From Octopus sinensis (taxonomy: Eukaryota): a stretch of DNA of 64,000 bases. Positions 24,507-37,326 of the stretch are shown one piece after another (positions within the stretch are counted from its first letter, which is position 1; each line of letters opens with the position of its first letter). Both the position numbers and the translations under genes were made by a program. Below the pieces are notes generated by a model. It was not told the DNA's origin, searched no databases, and saw nothing but the letters and a program-made list of their open reading frames with translations. The stretch lies in assembly GCF_006345805.1 (NCBI RefSeq), contig NC_043011.1:17992464-18056463 (forward strand), in the 5' to 3' direction.

Positions 24507-25076
24507 TTTGCATTGTGCTTTTTTAAAGATGTATTACTTCTTTGTCCTTCATCTGGCAACTAGCTTTATCGTCTTGTATTACATTTATTCATTTTCGCGT
24601 GTGTCTTCTTTATCGTTTTTTATTCACGTATTGTTTGTATTTTTATGTCCTCCGTCCCATATTCTCTGCGGTTCATTATTCTCTCGGTCCCATATTCTCT
24701 GATGGGATCAATATTATCGTTAAATGCACGAAATTGCGTCATATTCTCTGGTCGATAACTGATGAGGAATTAGAGACCTTCTGTGTTTGTTTCCCGCTCG
24801 ACTGTGCATTTAAAATGTTTCTAAACTTGATATTTTGTCTTTGCCGTTTGGTTGTGCATTTACTAAATATTTTTCCACTTTTACATATAAATATATATAT
24901 ATCCTTCAATTTCGTTTATAGGAAACATTTTTGAATATAAATATAAAAGCGATTATTTGTCATGCTGTCTAGAACCTAATGATACCAACTAGCAATAGCA
25001 GTTTGGTGATGTACGGAGCTGTGCCGATGTAATCTAAAATAAATGTAATAATAAAATAATTGTAATATCAATAATG

Positions 25077-25121
<45 letters not shown>

Positions 25122-25181
25122 GTAATGATGATGATAATAATAATAATAACAATAATACCAATGATAATAATAATAATAATA

Positions 25182-25675
25182 TTATCATGTACATTGTTTT
25201 GTCTTGGTATAAAAGATGGGCTACAGCAAATATTCTGCTCAATACCACAGATTTGCTTGTCAGTTGTTTGACCGTAACCAGTTGAGCATGTCCCTTAGTG
25301 GCTGACGATATGTGCATCTCTCATCACGAGCAGAAGTAGTGGGGGAGCATCATAACCATGTGTTGAGAGGGATTCTTTAGGGTTTGAATATTTCACCTCT
25401 GTAAACATGGGTGGTTCTTTCAACATCCTTAAACAACCCTTATTCAGGGACCTTTTGAGCGGGATGGGCTACTCAACCTGAAGAAAATTCTAACTGGGCC
25501 CCACCTGCAAGGTCATGTACTCTTTATCTTGATATGAGATCACAATGTCACGCACATATGGTTGTGATGCATGTGCCTGGTGTACCCTTATCAGACGGGT
25601 AGTCATGATGGGTATATTGGGCTTCGTATATTTTACCCCAGTGTCACTTTGATGGCATGCACTGTTCTCTCACTC
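25182..25675 (+). mobile_element. (TAA)n-embedded non-coding element, copy 1 (5'-truncated)
   Basis: Nearly identical to ~25865-26356; flanked by (TAA)n. Confidence 0.85.
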
Positions 25676-25754
25676 AATAATAATAATAATAATAATAATT
25701 ATAATGATAATAATAATAATAATAATAATAATGATAATAATAATAGTAATAATA

Positions 25755-25800
<46 letters not shown>

Positions 25801-25802
<2 letters not shown>

Positions 25803-26356
25803 GCCCTGATGCAGTACCAGGCAGTGGCTCTCATGGCTTCTGATCTTAACTGATTGCAAGTGTTATCATGTACATTGTTTCGTCTTGGTATAAAAGATGG
25901 GCTACAGCAAATATTCTGCTCAATACCACAGATTTGCTTGTCAGTTGTTTGACCGTAACCAGTTGGGCATGTCCCTTAGTGGCTGACGATATGTGCATCT
26001 CTGATTACGAGCAGATGTAGTGGGGGAGCATCATAGCCATGTGTTGAGAGGGATTCTTTGGGGTTTGAATAATTCACCTCTGTAAGCATGGGTGGTTCTT
26101 TCAACATTCTTAAACACCCCTTATTCAGGGACCTTTTGAGCGGGATGTGCTACTCAACCTGAAGAAAATTCTAACTGGGCCCCACCTGCAAGGTCATGCG
26201 CTGTTTATCTTGATATGAGATCACCATGTCGCGCACATATGGTTGTGATGCATGTGCCTGGTGTACCTTTATCAGACGGGTAGTCATGATGGGTATACTG
26301 GGCTTCGTATATTTTACCCCAGTGTCATTTTGATGGCATGAACTGCTCTCTCACTC
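25801..26356 (+). mobile_element. (TAA)n-embedded non-coding element, copy 2 (556 bp)
   Basis: Starts atgccctgatgcagtaccaggc, ends ctctcactc|aataataat; no long ORF. Confidence 0.85.
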
Positions 26357-26399
<43 letters not shown>

Positions 26400-26453
26400 G
26401 TAATGATGGTGATAATAATAATAATAATAATGATAATAATAATAATAATAATA

Positions 26454-26482
<29 letters not shown>

Positions 26483-26485
<3 letters not shown>

Positions 26486-26601
26486 GAGAACACCGGGGAC
26501 GTTTAAGAGAGAACACCGGGGACGTTTAAGAGAGAACACCGGGGACGTTTAAGAGAGAACACCGGGGACGTTTAAGAGGAGAACACCGGGGACGTTTAAG
26601 A
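26483..26601 (+). repeat. Five tandem 23-bp repeats at the 5' end of the Dong element
   Basis: caccggggacgttt at 26491, 26514, 26537, 26560, 26584; no spacers. Confidence 0.97.
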
Positions 26602-26712
26602 TGTAAGAAGGAAAATTCAGAGCTCCGAAATCTATCCACAAACATCGAAAATAAGGACATCCTATGGAGCCAAAGTTTTACTAACAAAGAATTGGACTGT
26701 ATCTGAGTAAAC

Positions 26713-29700
26713 ATGCGTGGAACATCACGATCACCTCCGACCCCAAACGCCATGTACAAAGGAACTACGAAGAAATTAAATGCCACCGATACTATTCAAC
26801 CCAAGAATAACAATCGAGCGGTACGTACATTAAACTTACAACAAAGAATGTACGAAAAACTACACGTGCGAAATAATGTGACAACAGAAATAAACGGGCC
26901 GGTACCCTACGAAAATGACGACCGTCAAAATAATGGGCCGGACGTTGTACCTTCTGTTCCGCAAATAAAACCCAAAAGACGTAAATGGACACGTGAGGAA
27001 TACATTTCTATCTTACACGCATACTTCACAGCAGTACTCTACCCAAAAAATGAAAATACAACAACACATACATATAAAATATGGAAGGAAAATAATAGAG
27101 ATATACACTTGGATACAGCAATGAACCCTAATAAATTAGCTAACGTACGAAGATACATTCTCAACACAAAAAAAATATCAGAAATAGAAATAGAACACCT
27201 AAAAGAAAACATACACCAGGAAAATGTAGATAGAAGCCACACAACAATGCCCAAAAATATAAACACTGAAACTGTAAAACACGATGACAAACGCAACATT
27301 CCCAAAAAACACGATGTAAACAACGAAGGGGAGCCTAATGATTATGATAATATAAAAAATAAAATAATCAAAGCACTGAAAACCACAGAGCTCAAAATGG
27401 ACCACCGACCATACCTCCCAAGAATCAAAATAAACAAAATAACAACACCTATTATAAACAGCATAAACCTAGCCGTCACTGAACTGATAGCCACTGAATA
27501 AAAAAAAATGATATCACTGAGCTAAATAACCTAATATACGCAGCAGCCACTGCAGCCACAAAAGAAGCTGGATACCCACCCAAACCCGCCCAAACAGGAG
27601 TACCACCACCCAAACAAACCCTGTGGATAAATAACATCCAAAGCAAAATAAAAAAATTAGAAAAGACCTGTCGATTCTTAATGAAATCAGCAAACAATCA
27701 ACGCTACTGAGCAACAAAAAGAGAACAAAAATACTCCGCAAATATAACATCACAGAGAAAGATTTGCCTGAAATAAAAGAAAAGCTGAAGCAAGATATCC
27801 TTGCCAAAGCACAAAGGATCCGCCGGTACAAGAAACGCCAACGCTTCTTTGAAGAAAACAAAAAGTTCAACTCTAACCCCAAAAAGTTCTACCAAGAACT
27901 GGGAAAAAATAAAATAGAAGTCACTGCAGCACCAACGGCAGAAGAATTGGAAGAATTCTGGGGAGAAATATGGTCGGCGAACGAACCACCAAAAAGAAGG
28001 AGTATCAGAATAACAAACTCGGCATCTGAACAACTTTGGACCCCCATAACAACTGAAGAGGTCACCCAGGCACTGCAAAGACTAAGCAACTGGAAGGCAC
28101 CTGGGCATGACAAGATCCCCAACTTCTGGTTGAAATATCTAACAGGAATGCACAAAAAGCTGGCTGAAAACTTTAACAAAGTACTAGCAGAGCCAGAGAC
28201 AATGCCTGAATGGCTCACGAAGGGGAAAACCATCTTAATTCCCAAATCAAATGAAACAGAAAACCAGAAAACTACAGACCAATAACCTGCCTCCCTACTA
28301 TGTTCAAGGCATTTACTGCAGTGATATCACAAAGGCTGAATAAGCACCTGGACGAAAACAAACTGTTCCCAGAAGAGCAGAAAGGATGCCGCAAAGGCTC
28401 ATATGGCTGTAAAGATCAACTAATGATTAATAAAGCCATAACTGAAGACAGCCACAGAAAGAAGAAAGGCCTCAGTATGGCCTGGATTGACTACAAAAAG
28501 GAGTTTGATAGCATCCCCCACACATGGATCCTCGAAACACTAGCCATTAACAAAGTAGCACCAACAATCATAAAATTCATAGAGCACTCTATGAATAAAT
28601 GGCAAACAGTCCTACACCTCCAAACAAAAGAGGGACTCATGAAAACCAAAGACATCCCCATTAGAAGAGGAATATTCCAGGGAGACACGCTCTCTCCACT
28701 TCTTTTCTGCTTGGCACTGTCACCTCTATCTGATATGCTAAATAGAACTGGATGCGGATATAAATGTTACGGCAAAACGATCAGCCACCTTTTATATATG
28801 GATGACCTAAAACTATACGCTGCAAATGACGAACAGCTGGAAACACTATTAAAGACAGTTCATGGATTTACCAAAGAAATAGATATGAAATTTGGATTAG
28901 AAAAATGCGCCAAAGTAACCCTGAAAAGAGGAAAACTAGTTAAGAGTAACATCATCACACTAGATAAAACCATTGAAATAAAAGAATTAGACCAAAGCCA
29001 AACTTACAAATACTTAGGAATCCATGAACTAGATAAGACACAACACACACAAATGAAAGAGAAAATAAAAAAAAGAATATTATAGACGAGTTAGATCAAT
29101 ACTAAACACAGAGCTCAATGCTAAAAACAAGATAATAGGTATCAACACTTTAGCTGTCCCAGTTATAAGTTACAGCTACAATATCCTTAACTGGACACGA
29201 AATGAACTGACCAAAATAGATAGGAAAACAAGAAAAATAATGACAGGATCTAGGATGCATCACCCAAAATCTGACATAGAAAGACTATATATACAACGTA
29301 TAGAAGGTGGTAGAGGCCTTATACAGCTGGAAAACTACTATAAAATAACCACCATAGGACTGCAATAATATCTACTTCAGAAGGAAGGAAAACTGATCCA
29401 GATAGCGGCAAAACACGAGCAAAACAAAAAAATGTTCTCAGTATTTAAGGAAGCTGACAAATACAAACAAGAAATCATACCACCTAATAAACATGAAGAA
29501 GAAGGAGATGAAGAAACAACAAAAGCTATAAAACAAATGAAATCCAAACTAAAAATAGAACAGCAACGAACCATGATAAAACGATGGCAAGAAAAGCCCC
29601 TTCATGGTAAATACTGGACTAAAGTAAACGCAAAAGAAATAGACAAAGAAAAATCCCAGCAATAGTTGAGAAGCTCAGGACTCAAAGGAGAAACAAAGGG

Positions 29701-30351
29701 ATTTTTAATTGCAGCATAAGACCAAAGCCTCCCCACCAGAAATTACCAAAAACATGTAATGAAAAGAAATATTACAAGTAACTGCAGAATATGTGGAGAT
29801 GGACAAGAAACAATAAATCATATTATCTCTAGCTGCCCAGTCTTGGCTAAGAAGGAATATATTCACAGACATGACAGAGTTGGAACCTACATACATTGGA
29901 AGCTATGCCAACATTATGGAATAACAACAGAAAAAAGATGGTATAGGCACACACCAGAAAAGGTCACAGAAAACGAGAAAGCAACCATACTCTGGGATAT
30001 GCCGATACACACAGATAGAGAAATTAAGGCCAACAGACCAGATATAGTTGTCAGAGATCATGAAGAAAAAAATGCTTTCTAATTGATGTATCAATACCGG
30101 CTGATGACAACGTGTCTCTAAAAGAAATGGAAAAACTCTCAAAATACAAAGACCTGGAAATAGAGGTAACTAGAATGTGGAATCTGAAAACAGAAACAAT
30201 TCCTATCATAGTAGGTGCATTAGGCATGATAAAAAAATATTCTGACAAATACATAATAAAAACACCAGGACTTACAAACACATATAACATACAGAAAATT
30301 GCACTACTAGGCACTGCACACATCCTACGCAGAACACTTTCCATACAATAA
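26713..30351 (+). pseudogene. Disrupted single ORF of the R4/Dong element (about 1,200 codons, several frameshifts and stops)
   Basis: ORF pieces 26713-27501, 27764-28285, 28300-29085, 29432-29665, 29759-30082, 30112-30351 join through shifts near 27500, 27660, 28270, 29070, 30070 and stops near 29363, 29663, 29716. Confidence 0.9.
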
Positions 30352-30482
30352 CCATCAGAGCATCACAACAAATCACAGCACATACCCAAGGCACACAGAA
30401 CTGTGCTCGGTAGTGAAGTGAAAGCACGCTATACAAATAAAACTACTGAATAATAATGATAATAATAATAATGATAATAATA

Positions 30483-30542
<60 letters not shown>

Positions 30543-30625
30543 CAATAATAATAATAATAATAATAATGATAATAAAAATACTTGGTCGAAATTTATAAAT
30601 ATTTTGATGCATGTACCACAAATTG

Positions 30626-30847
30626 CACGTAACGTGTTTCCTATGATCATAGTCCGTATTCCTTTGATGATTATATTACAGTCCGTAGTATCAATGGACA
30701 TGAGGTGGATCATTTTCCCGTATTCATTCTCTTGCCTGAGGAAATGCACACATGCATATAATATGCCTTACGTCCATGGATACTACAGACTGTAATATAA
30801 TCATATCAGGAATACAGACTATGATCATAAGAAACATGTGAATCGTG
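30626..30847. repeat. Inverted repeat, ~80-bp arms with 60-bp spacer (MITE or foldback)
   Basis: 30626-30705 vs reverse complement of 30766-30847; mismatches are mostly C/T. Confidence 0.8.
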
Positions 30848-31403
30848 GAAACACACGTAGCGATGTATTAAAATATTTATAAATTCCTTCCATATATTAT
30901 TGCAGTGCTTGAAATACCACTGGTCCTTTTAATAACTCAGCTGATGGTATCAAGTATGCACTTACTGACAATGCCTATCTCACATTTATAGGTCTTCATC
31001 AGCCTGCATTTGCGATTGCAGAGGAAATTTGCGTTGTGATACTTAAACCCTTAAGTCTAATAGGCAGGTTGATTAGCGAAGTGGTCCACCACACGAAAGG
31101 CTATATTACGGAGGATGACTTGTTCTTTCGCTTTTGTATTTACACAATCACACGTGGAATTCTAGTTTTCTTCAATGTATTGGTGATCGTGTTTGTAGGG
31201 AATCTTTCTTGTTTGGATATGCTTGTTTCATAAATACTCTTTCTTTTCGGGAAATATATGTGTATTCAATAATTGCATAACTTTAGCTATATTTAATGAT
31301 TTCGCGAAATGGATAAAACTATGCTGAAATCATACTGCCTTTACAAAAATCAACAAGTCCACCACAATTATTTTGATGTTCTTTATTTAGGTAGGCAACT
31401 TAC

Positions 31404-31719
31404 GGAGTTTACGGCCGAACGTGTTTGCGGGTTTAGTAGTGGAGGCATACTCGAAGAAGGCTTTCCCGAGAGGAACGTCAAATAAAGTTTCGTTGATGTT
31501 AATTGGATGTTCTTCAACGAGTGCGGCAGCGGTTGCAACTTCAATGACAATTGTTTGTGGATGGGTTCCATTAGGGTCAGTAGGCCTTGTACCAGTTAGT
31601 GGACAAAGGAAAGACAGCCATTTAGTAGGAGATATATGAGCAATACGCAGAATCACACTACCAAAGACGCACATACACATGAAAGAATTCATGTTAGCCT
31701 TCACCCATAAGCCAACCAT
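31404..31719 (-). other. Candidate exon / short ORF of unknown identity
   Basis: GC-elevated island; two overlapping open frames; GTAAGT donor at 31403-31398; TATATAA at 31820-31828; no recognisable domain. Confidence 0.25.
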
Positions 31720-33400
31720 CGCTCACACGCCAGCTTATACCCGAGCAAGCCCTTGTACATGCACAAATATCTGACACACATGCTTAGACTTCGGGCACTC
31801 ACACTCACGGACTCACACCTTATATAAACACACTTGCCATGTTTTTGTCGAGCAGCAAGTCCCTTCAAAATCCTTCAAAGGACAGCTAGACAACAAGGCA
31901 CCACCAGCTTCATGTCCATTTTATTAATGCCTAATAAAATTGCTTTAACATCCACTCGGGTATAACGATACAGAGGTGATCAAATGAATAATTGTTAATT
32001 AACTCAAACAGATGTCTCCGAGGATAATAAATCATGTAATTCAATGTGGTCAATAGACTGAACTATAGAGAGTGGAATATTTGTTTACTGGTCCTACTTG
32101 TCCACCTAATCTTTGTATAAATCCGAGACGTAACAATTTAAGTATCGTGGGGCGTATCATTTAGAAAGCAAATACATAAATGCACAAGAAAATCATTATA
32201 TTAGTTTAAATAATGCTATCTAGTCTATAAATATTTGAACGAGAGCCAAAAAAAAACCAGCATATCGCCTGATGGAATTATGCTGTTTTGCTACGATTTT
32301 AAATTACGTGATTGTCCCTAATATGCTGTGTAATGGATTTCTTGTTTTGAGAATAAAGTATGTTATTGGAACGTGTAAGGTGATGCTTTGTCCTTTCGTT
32401 GTTGTTTCTTAGATACATAAACACATACACACACATATCTATATTATAGTGTACACTTTACAAAGTGCACGCTAAAACAACTAGAGAATTACAGACTGAT
32501 GTTCTTAGCCTCACAATACAAATTAAAGAACAAGGAGGGTTAGTTCAATTATTGCAATTAGTTCAATTATAGTTCAACTATTGCAATTATTGCCTTTATG
32601 GGATAAATATTCCTCTTTCATTCGTCTTTGAACAGAACTTTAAAATAGTCTGTATTTAAATTAAGAATTAAGGTCAATTCAACAGAAATTCTCATAAAAC
32701 ATAAAAAAAATTTCCGCTGTGGAAGTAAATGATTTATAAAAAAATTTGTACATACATAAAATATGTGTGGAAATGGAAATCTGAAACATTTCTGTAGCTA
32801 CCTAGTAATTATAACGCCTACTGTGTGGTAACGTACAATTGTAAATACCACGTGTTATTCTCTTTGTACGAAGGATGCTAAAGCGGATCATTCTGAAATG
32901 TGCTACTGCAGAAAAGTCACATTTTATTCATATGATTATATCTCATGAAAAGCGGTTATCTGAACAGGATTAAGATTTCTATTTACACAGTATTCGGTTG
33001 CTCTGAATACTATGTATTCATACCAACTGTGGTGTGCAAAAGTTTCGACAAAGTTATTCAAAATGACATCTTAAAAAATAAAATAAAATATGAATATCCA
33101 ATTCTCATGTGATGATATATGTAGACTCAAAACTTTTGGACCTCAGTAAGTTTAGATTATTTCTTCACTGTATTCCATACACACAGGTTTGGAATGTTGC
33201 AGTTCACCTCTTCTTAGTAGTAATACAGATAATTGATGTACGGAAAGTTATAATTAGTTGAATCAAACCCCGTTAATGAATGACATTTATTCCGCATAAA
33301 AACGAAATGACTAGATAAATTCTATCCTGGTGAATGGGAATTCAGTAGACAGTAAAATGTAGCTGCCTGCTCTAAAATATTAGACGCACGTTTTTATACA

Positions 33401-33812
33401 TAGGCGCAGGAGTGGCTGTGTGGTAAGTAGCTTGCTAACCAACCACATGGTTCCGGGTTCAGTCCCACTGCGTGGCATCTTGGGCAAGTGTCTTCTGCTA
33501 TAGCCCCGGGCCGACCAGTGCCTTGTGAGTGGATTTGGTAGACGGAAACTGAAAGAAGCCTGTCGTATATATGTATTTATATATTTATATGTATGTGTGT
33601 GTTTGTGTGTCTGTTTTGTCCCCCTAGCATTGCTTGAGAACCGATGCTGGTGTGTTTAAGTTCCCGTCACTTAGCGGTTCGGCAAAAGAGAACGAAAGAA
33701 TAAGTACTGGGCTTACAAAGAATAAGTCCCGGGGTCGATTTGCTCGACTAAAGGCGGTGCTCCAGCATGGCCGCAGTCAAATGACTGAAACAAGTAAAAG
33801 AATAAAAGAATA
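33401..33812 (+). mobile_element. tRNA-derived composite SINE, full-length reference copy
   Basis: taggcgcaggagtggctgtgtggtaag (A box), ggttcagtccc (B box), internal TA/TG spacer, tail gactgaaacaagtaaaagaataaaagaat. Confidence 0.9.
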
Positions 33813-34011
33813 AATACATATACTTACATATAAATGCATATACAATAAAATACGTGTGTGTTCGCCTGCAGGGTTGTATGAATATTTAAATATACATATA
33901 CACAAACTCAGTTTTACCTTTGAGCCTAATATGTTTAATGGTATATTTATGTTTATTATATCATTATTTCATAGTGAAACGCTAACAAGTTGTAGTATCC
34001 TTCATACATAT

Positions 34012-34407
34012 GGACCTTTTCGGTTTGAACGGCAGTTTTTTCTAGCGGCGTCATATGAAATTTTCACCCATAATTATGACCCTAGTATCGATCTATTGCA
34101 TTTCAATCTGTTTTAGGGTTAGGGTTAGTTAGGGGTAGGGTTAGTGGTATGCAAATAAACCCAACCTGTTTCTTAAATGAGGGACATATTCATGCAGCAC
34201 AGAATGTTTTTTTTTTACCTCAATGGACGTCATCGATTGGTTGAAATTGCAGATATTGAAGAAAAAAAAACAAATATCTTACAAACAACAGAATTTTCTC
34301 AATAAAGCCAAAAGAAAAAGATGTTTTATAAACACATTCTACCAGTTTGAAATTTTTTAGTTACCTAAAAATTATGTTAAAAACTGCCGTTCAAACCAAA
34401 AAGATCC
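34012..34407 (+). mobile_element. Merlin-like MITE with internal TTAGGG-like repeats
   Basis: ~29-bp TIR GGA(C/T)CTTTTCGGTTTGAACGGCAGTTTTT; perfect 8-bp TSD ATACATAT (34004-34011 / 34408-34415). Confidence 0.85.
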
Positions 34408-36587
34408 ATACATATTTATGTATGTTTTTTTTTCTTTCTATGTGCTTATATTCGTGTTTATGTGTTTATGTATGTGTGGGTGTATGTTTTAACTCCTAAT
34501 ATCTGTGTTAATATTTCAACAAAACAAGTACTGGATACCGACAAATCTCGCCCAGAAATGCAATGACTGGAAATAGAAAATATTATATTTCTCACATTGG
34601 CCTTACCAATCGAATGGATGGTAGAAAGCATTAAGCATGACTCAAATCTCCATCAGTTATCATGATTAGTAAGAGTAAGCTTTATGCATTGAGCATTCGA
34701 TGTTTGGTTCAGCGTTGAAAATTGCAAAATTTTATTTCCGGATCGTAAGCAGATACTTTGCATTTTATATATCAATTCTATAATTGCTTCTCATTTAAAA
34801 TATCGCACCTCTTGTCCGCAAATCGTTACTTTCCGGTTCTTATGTCAGTTTAATGCATTCACTACATAAATCTAATGCATCACCGACGAGATACGAAACC
34901 AACTAAGTCTTGTTAATTGCCTGGTAAAATGCTGCCCGGACCACTATGATTTTTCATATAATTGGTGTCTATAAGGTGCATCTCGTTTTTACATAGATAT
35001 TCTGCAGGGAAATGCACGTCCAATTGCATATCAAATGGCAAATCGATAAGAAACATTGTTGCATGGATATGCTGCTATTATATTTATCAGGTTGTGCAGC
35101 CACGAAATGTCAAATCATTACGACAGTATATTTGCGTAATATTATAGTTTCTATTACAGGGCCTAAACACATGATTTTATCTAAATCTGTGTCACCATGA
35201 ACAGATTTACAATTATGAAGGGAAAGCTACCTCATATGACAACACTGAAGTGACGTCCTATAACCTAAGTATATGGGACAAGACGACATCGACCAATGTG
35301 ACAAATGTACGGATCGATATTCTTTTTTATAGTGATAGCGTTACAAACAGAAGTTGAATTCTACGGCGGTTTTTTTTATTTGCAACCATTTATACTTGGC
35401 TGTTTTGTGAAATTTTCGGCAGTAGTAAGTACAGAATTTCAGACGCTTCTCTGTCTATTGTGTCTCCGACTGGGCGTTTAGAAAGTAATGACCTTTGCCT
35501 CCCTTTTATCATGTCCGTCGCTTCTCGGAAACTATTGTGAATTAAGTGTTGCACGTGATAGTTTCTACAGTTAAGCTACTGACTCATCAGGAATAAAATC
35601 CCTTGGATAAGACATTGCAGACTGTTATACATGAATTTCAGACATATGATACATTCATGATTTTCTTATTAACGTTTGTCTGGCGAAATCAAAAATACAC
35701 GAGAAAGAATTATTTTAAATCATTACTACTGAAATACAATTTATTCTGTTGAGGTTGTATCACAACAGTCAAAATTGTCGAGAGAATGTGCAAGAAAATA
35801 CAAACAAACTAAGAGATAGTTTGTTCGTCAACTTAATTTGATTAATCTAAAATTTATTCAGTCACTCGGAAGATTTGCCGCCCAAATCATGGCATAATCT
35901 CTCCAGTATTATCGAATGCAACTCCTGGAGCCTAGACTATTTTAAGACTTTATCAGTAATCCCGATACGTCTGAAGACATCTGATGGGCATCAAACATAT
36001 ACGCCAAGCAAGCATGTGCTGTACACACATAAACATACTTTTGCTCATACACACACATAGAAATATAACAAAAATTTATGAAAAGTAAAACGATATAAAA
36101 GATTTCTGATACACACAACTTCATGTAGTGTTGTGTATCTAATCAATAATTTATCTCTTTCTCAACGTATCTATACATGTATATGTGTGTATGCAGGCAT
36201 CTGCCTATTCCTGTAGGAAGAGATATATGCGTGTTGTGTCTGTGTACCTGTGTGTTTATGCGAGCAACTGACTGTGCATGTGTGTATGTGCGTATATATG
36301 TGTACAGGTACATATATAGATATTACATATGTGTGTGTGTGTGTGTGTTGTGTGTGTGCGTGTAGACGCATCCTCCTGTCTACTTCTCTCCCTGTATATA
36401 GTAAAAGATTGAATGGTGCGAAAACAATTTGTGCGTCTAGAAATCTGTCCAGCATACCGTCCATCTCAAATATATATAATATTGAAATATCTTGTATGGA
36501 AATCAAATATATTTTCTTATATTTTCTAGCTCAGTTTTCATATTTTCACGTCTTCCACTCTTCATGTTGACACATATATATGTGCTC

Positions 36588-36858
36588 GAGTTCATACATA
36601 TATATATATATAGTGTATATAAGTAGAAGGGCAGGCAACAGGTTGCTTTGCCGCATACCGAAAGAATTAGAAGTAGCAGTTCAGAGACTGTTTATTTCCA
36701 TTTTCTACAAGTGGGGCTCCATATACATGTCGTATATAGAGCCCCACTTGCAGGAAATGGAAATAAACAGTCTCTGACTGCTATTTCTAATTCTTTCGGT
36801 ATGCGGCAAAGCAACCTGTTGCCTGCCCTTCTACTTATATACAATATATACTGAACTC
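36588..36858. repeat. Long foldback palindrome (113/112-bp arms, 5-nt loop)
   Basis: 36614-36726 vs 36732-36843: 4 mismatches + 1 indel; outer gagttca/tgaactc also pair. Confidence 0.95.
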
Positions 36859-36963
36859 CACAGAAGTTCCCGCCGCTAAAGGTCATATTTACATACCGAA
36901 ATCTACCGTAAATAATTGTTGGTTGTCTGAAAACCCATCGAAAAAAATATTTACCCTTATTAT

Positions 36964-37010
<47 letters not shown>

Positions 37011-37259
37011 GTGTATATATATATGTGTGTGCGCGTGTGTATCTGTGTCTGTGTGTGTGTATAAATAATGATGGTAGAAATTTACATTAATTAGATTAAT
37101 ATCAATTTAAACATGTGGCCTAGTATATTGAAAAAATATGAAGATTCAGAAAATTATATTACAAATATATAAGAGGAATGACTACCAAGCAGATTCTTAA
37201 TATATTAGATGTAGATCCCATATGGTCTGACCACTAACGAACATTTTCTGAATATTATG

Positions 37260-37321
<62 letters not shown>

Positions 37322-37326
<5 letters not shown>

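Larger units (their letters stand above)
26483..30448 (+). mobile_element. R4/Dong-clade non-LTR retrotransposon (RT + CCHC + restriction-like endonuclease), near full length, inserted in (TAA)n
   Basis: N-term RRKWTREE; APGHDKI, YRPITCL, QKGC, GIFQGDTLSP, YMDDLKL; CRIC..ETINHIISSC; RPDIV..LIDVSIP..KLSKYKDL; 3' junction actactg|aataataat. Confidence 0.93.

Noticed and set aside
24640-24810. CTGATGG/CTGATGA plus GAAATTGCGTC as a hammerhead
   Set aside because: Would-be stem I strands are direct repeats (catattctctg x3), not complementary; the second CTGATGA has no downstream GAAA.
25801-25870. HDV-like ribozyme at an end of the 556-bp element
   Set aside because: Only a simple hairpin is visible; no nested double pseudoknot could be built on either strand.
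26483-26601. 23-bp repeat array as CRISPR
   Set aside because: Head-to-tail with no unique spacers, eukaryotic context, no cas genes; same for 63217-63282.
26526-30344. Minus-strand ORFs over the Dong element
   Set aside because: Antisense shadows; all motifs are on the plus strand.
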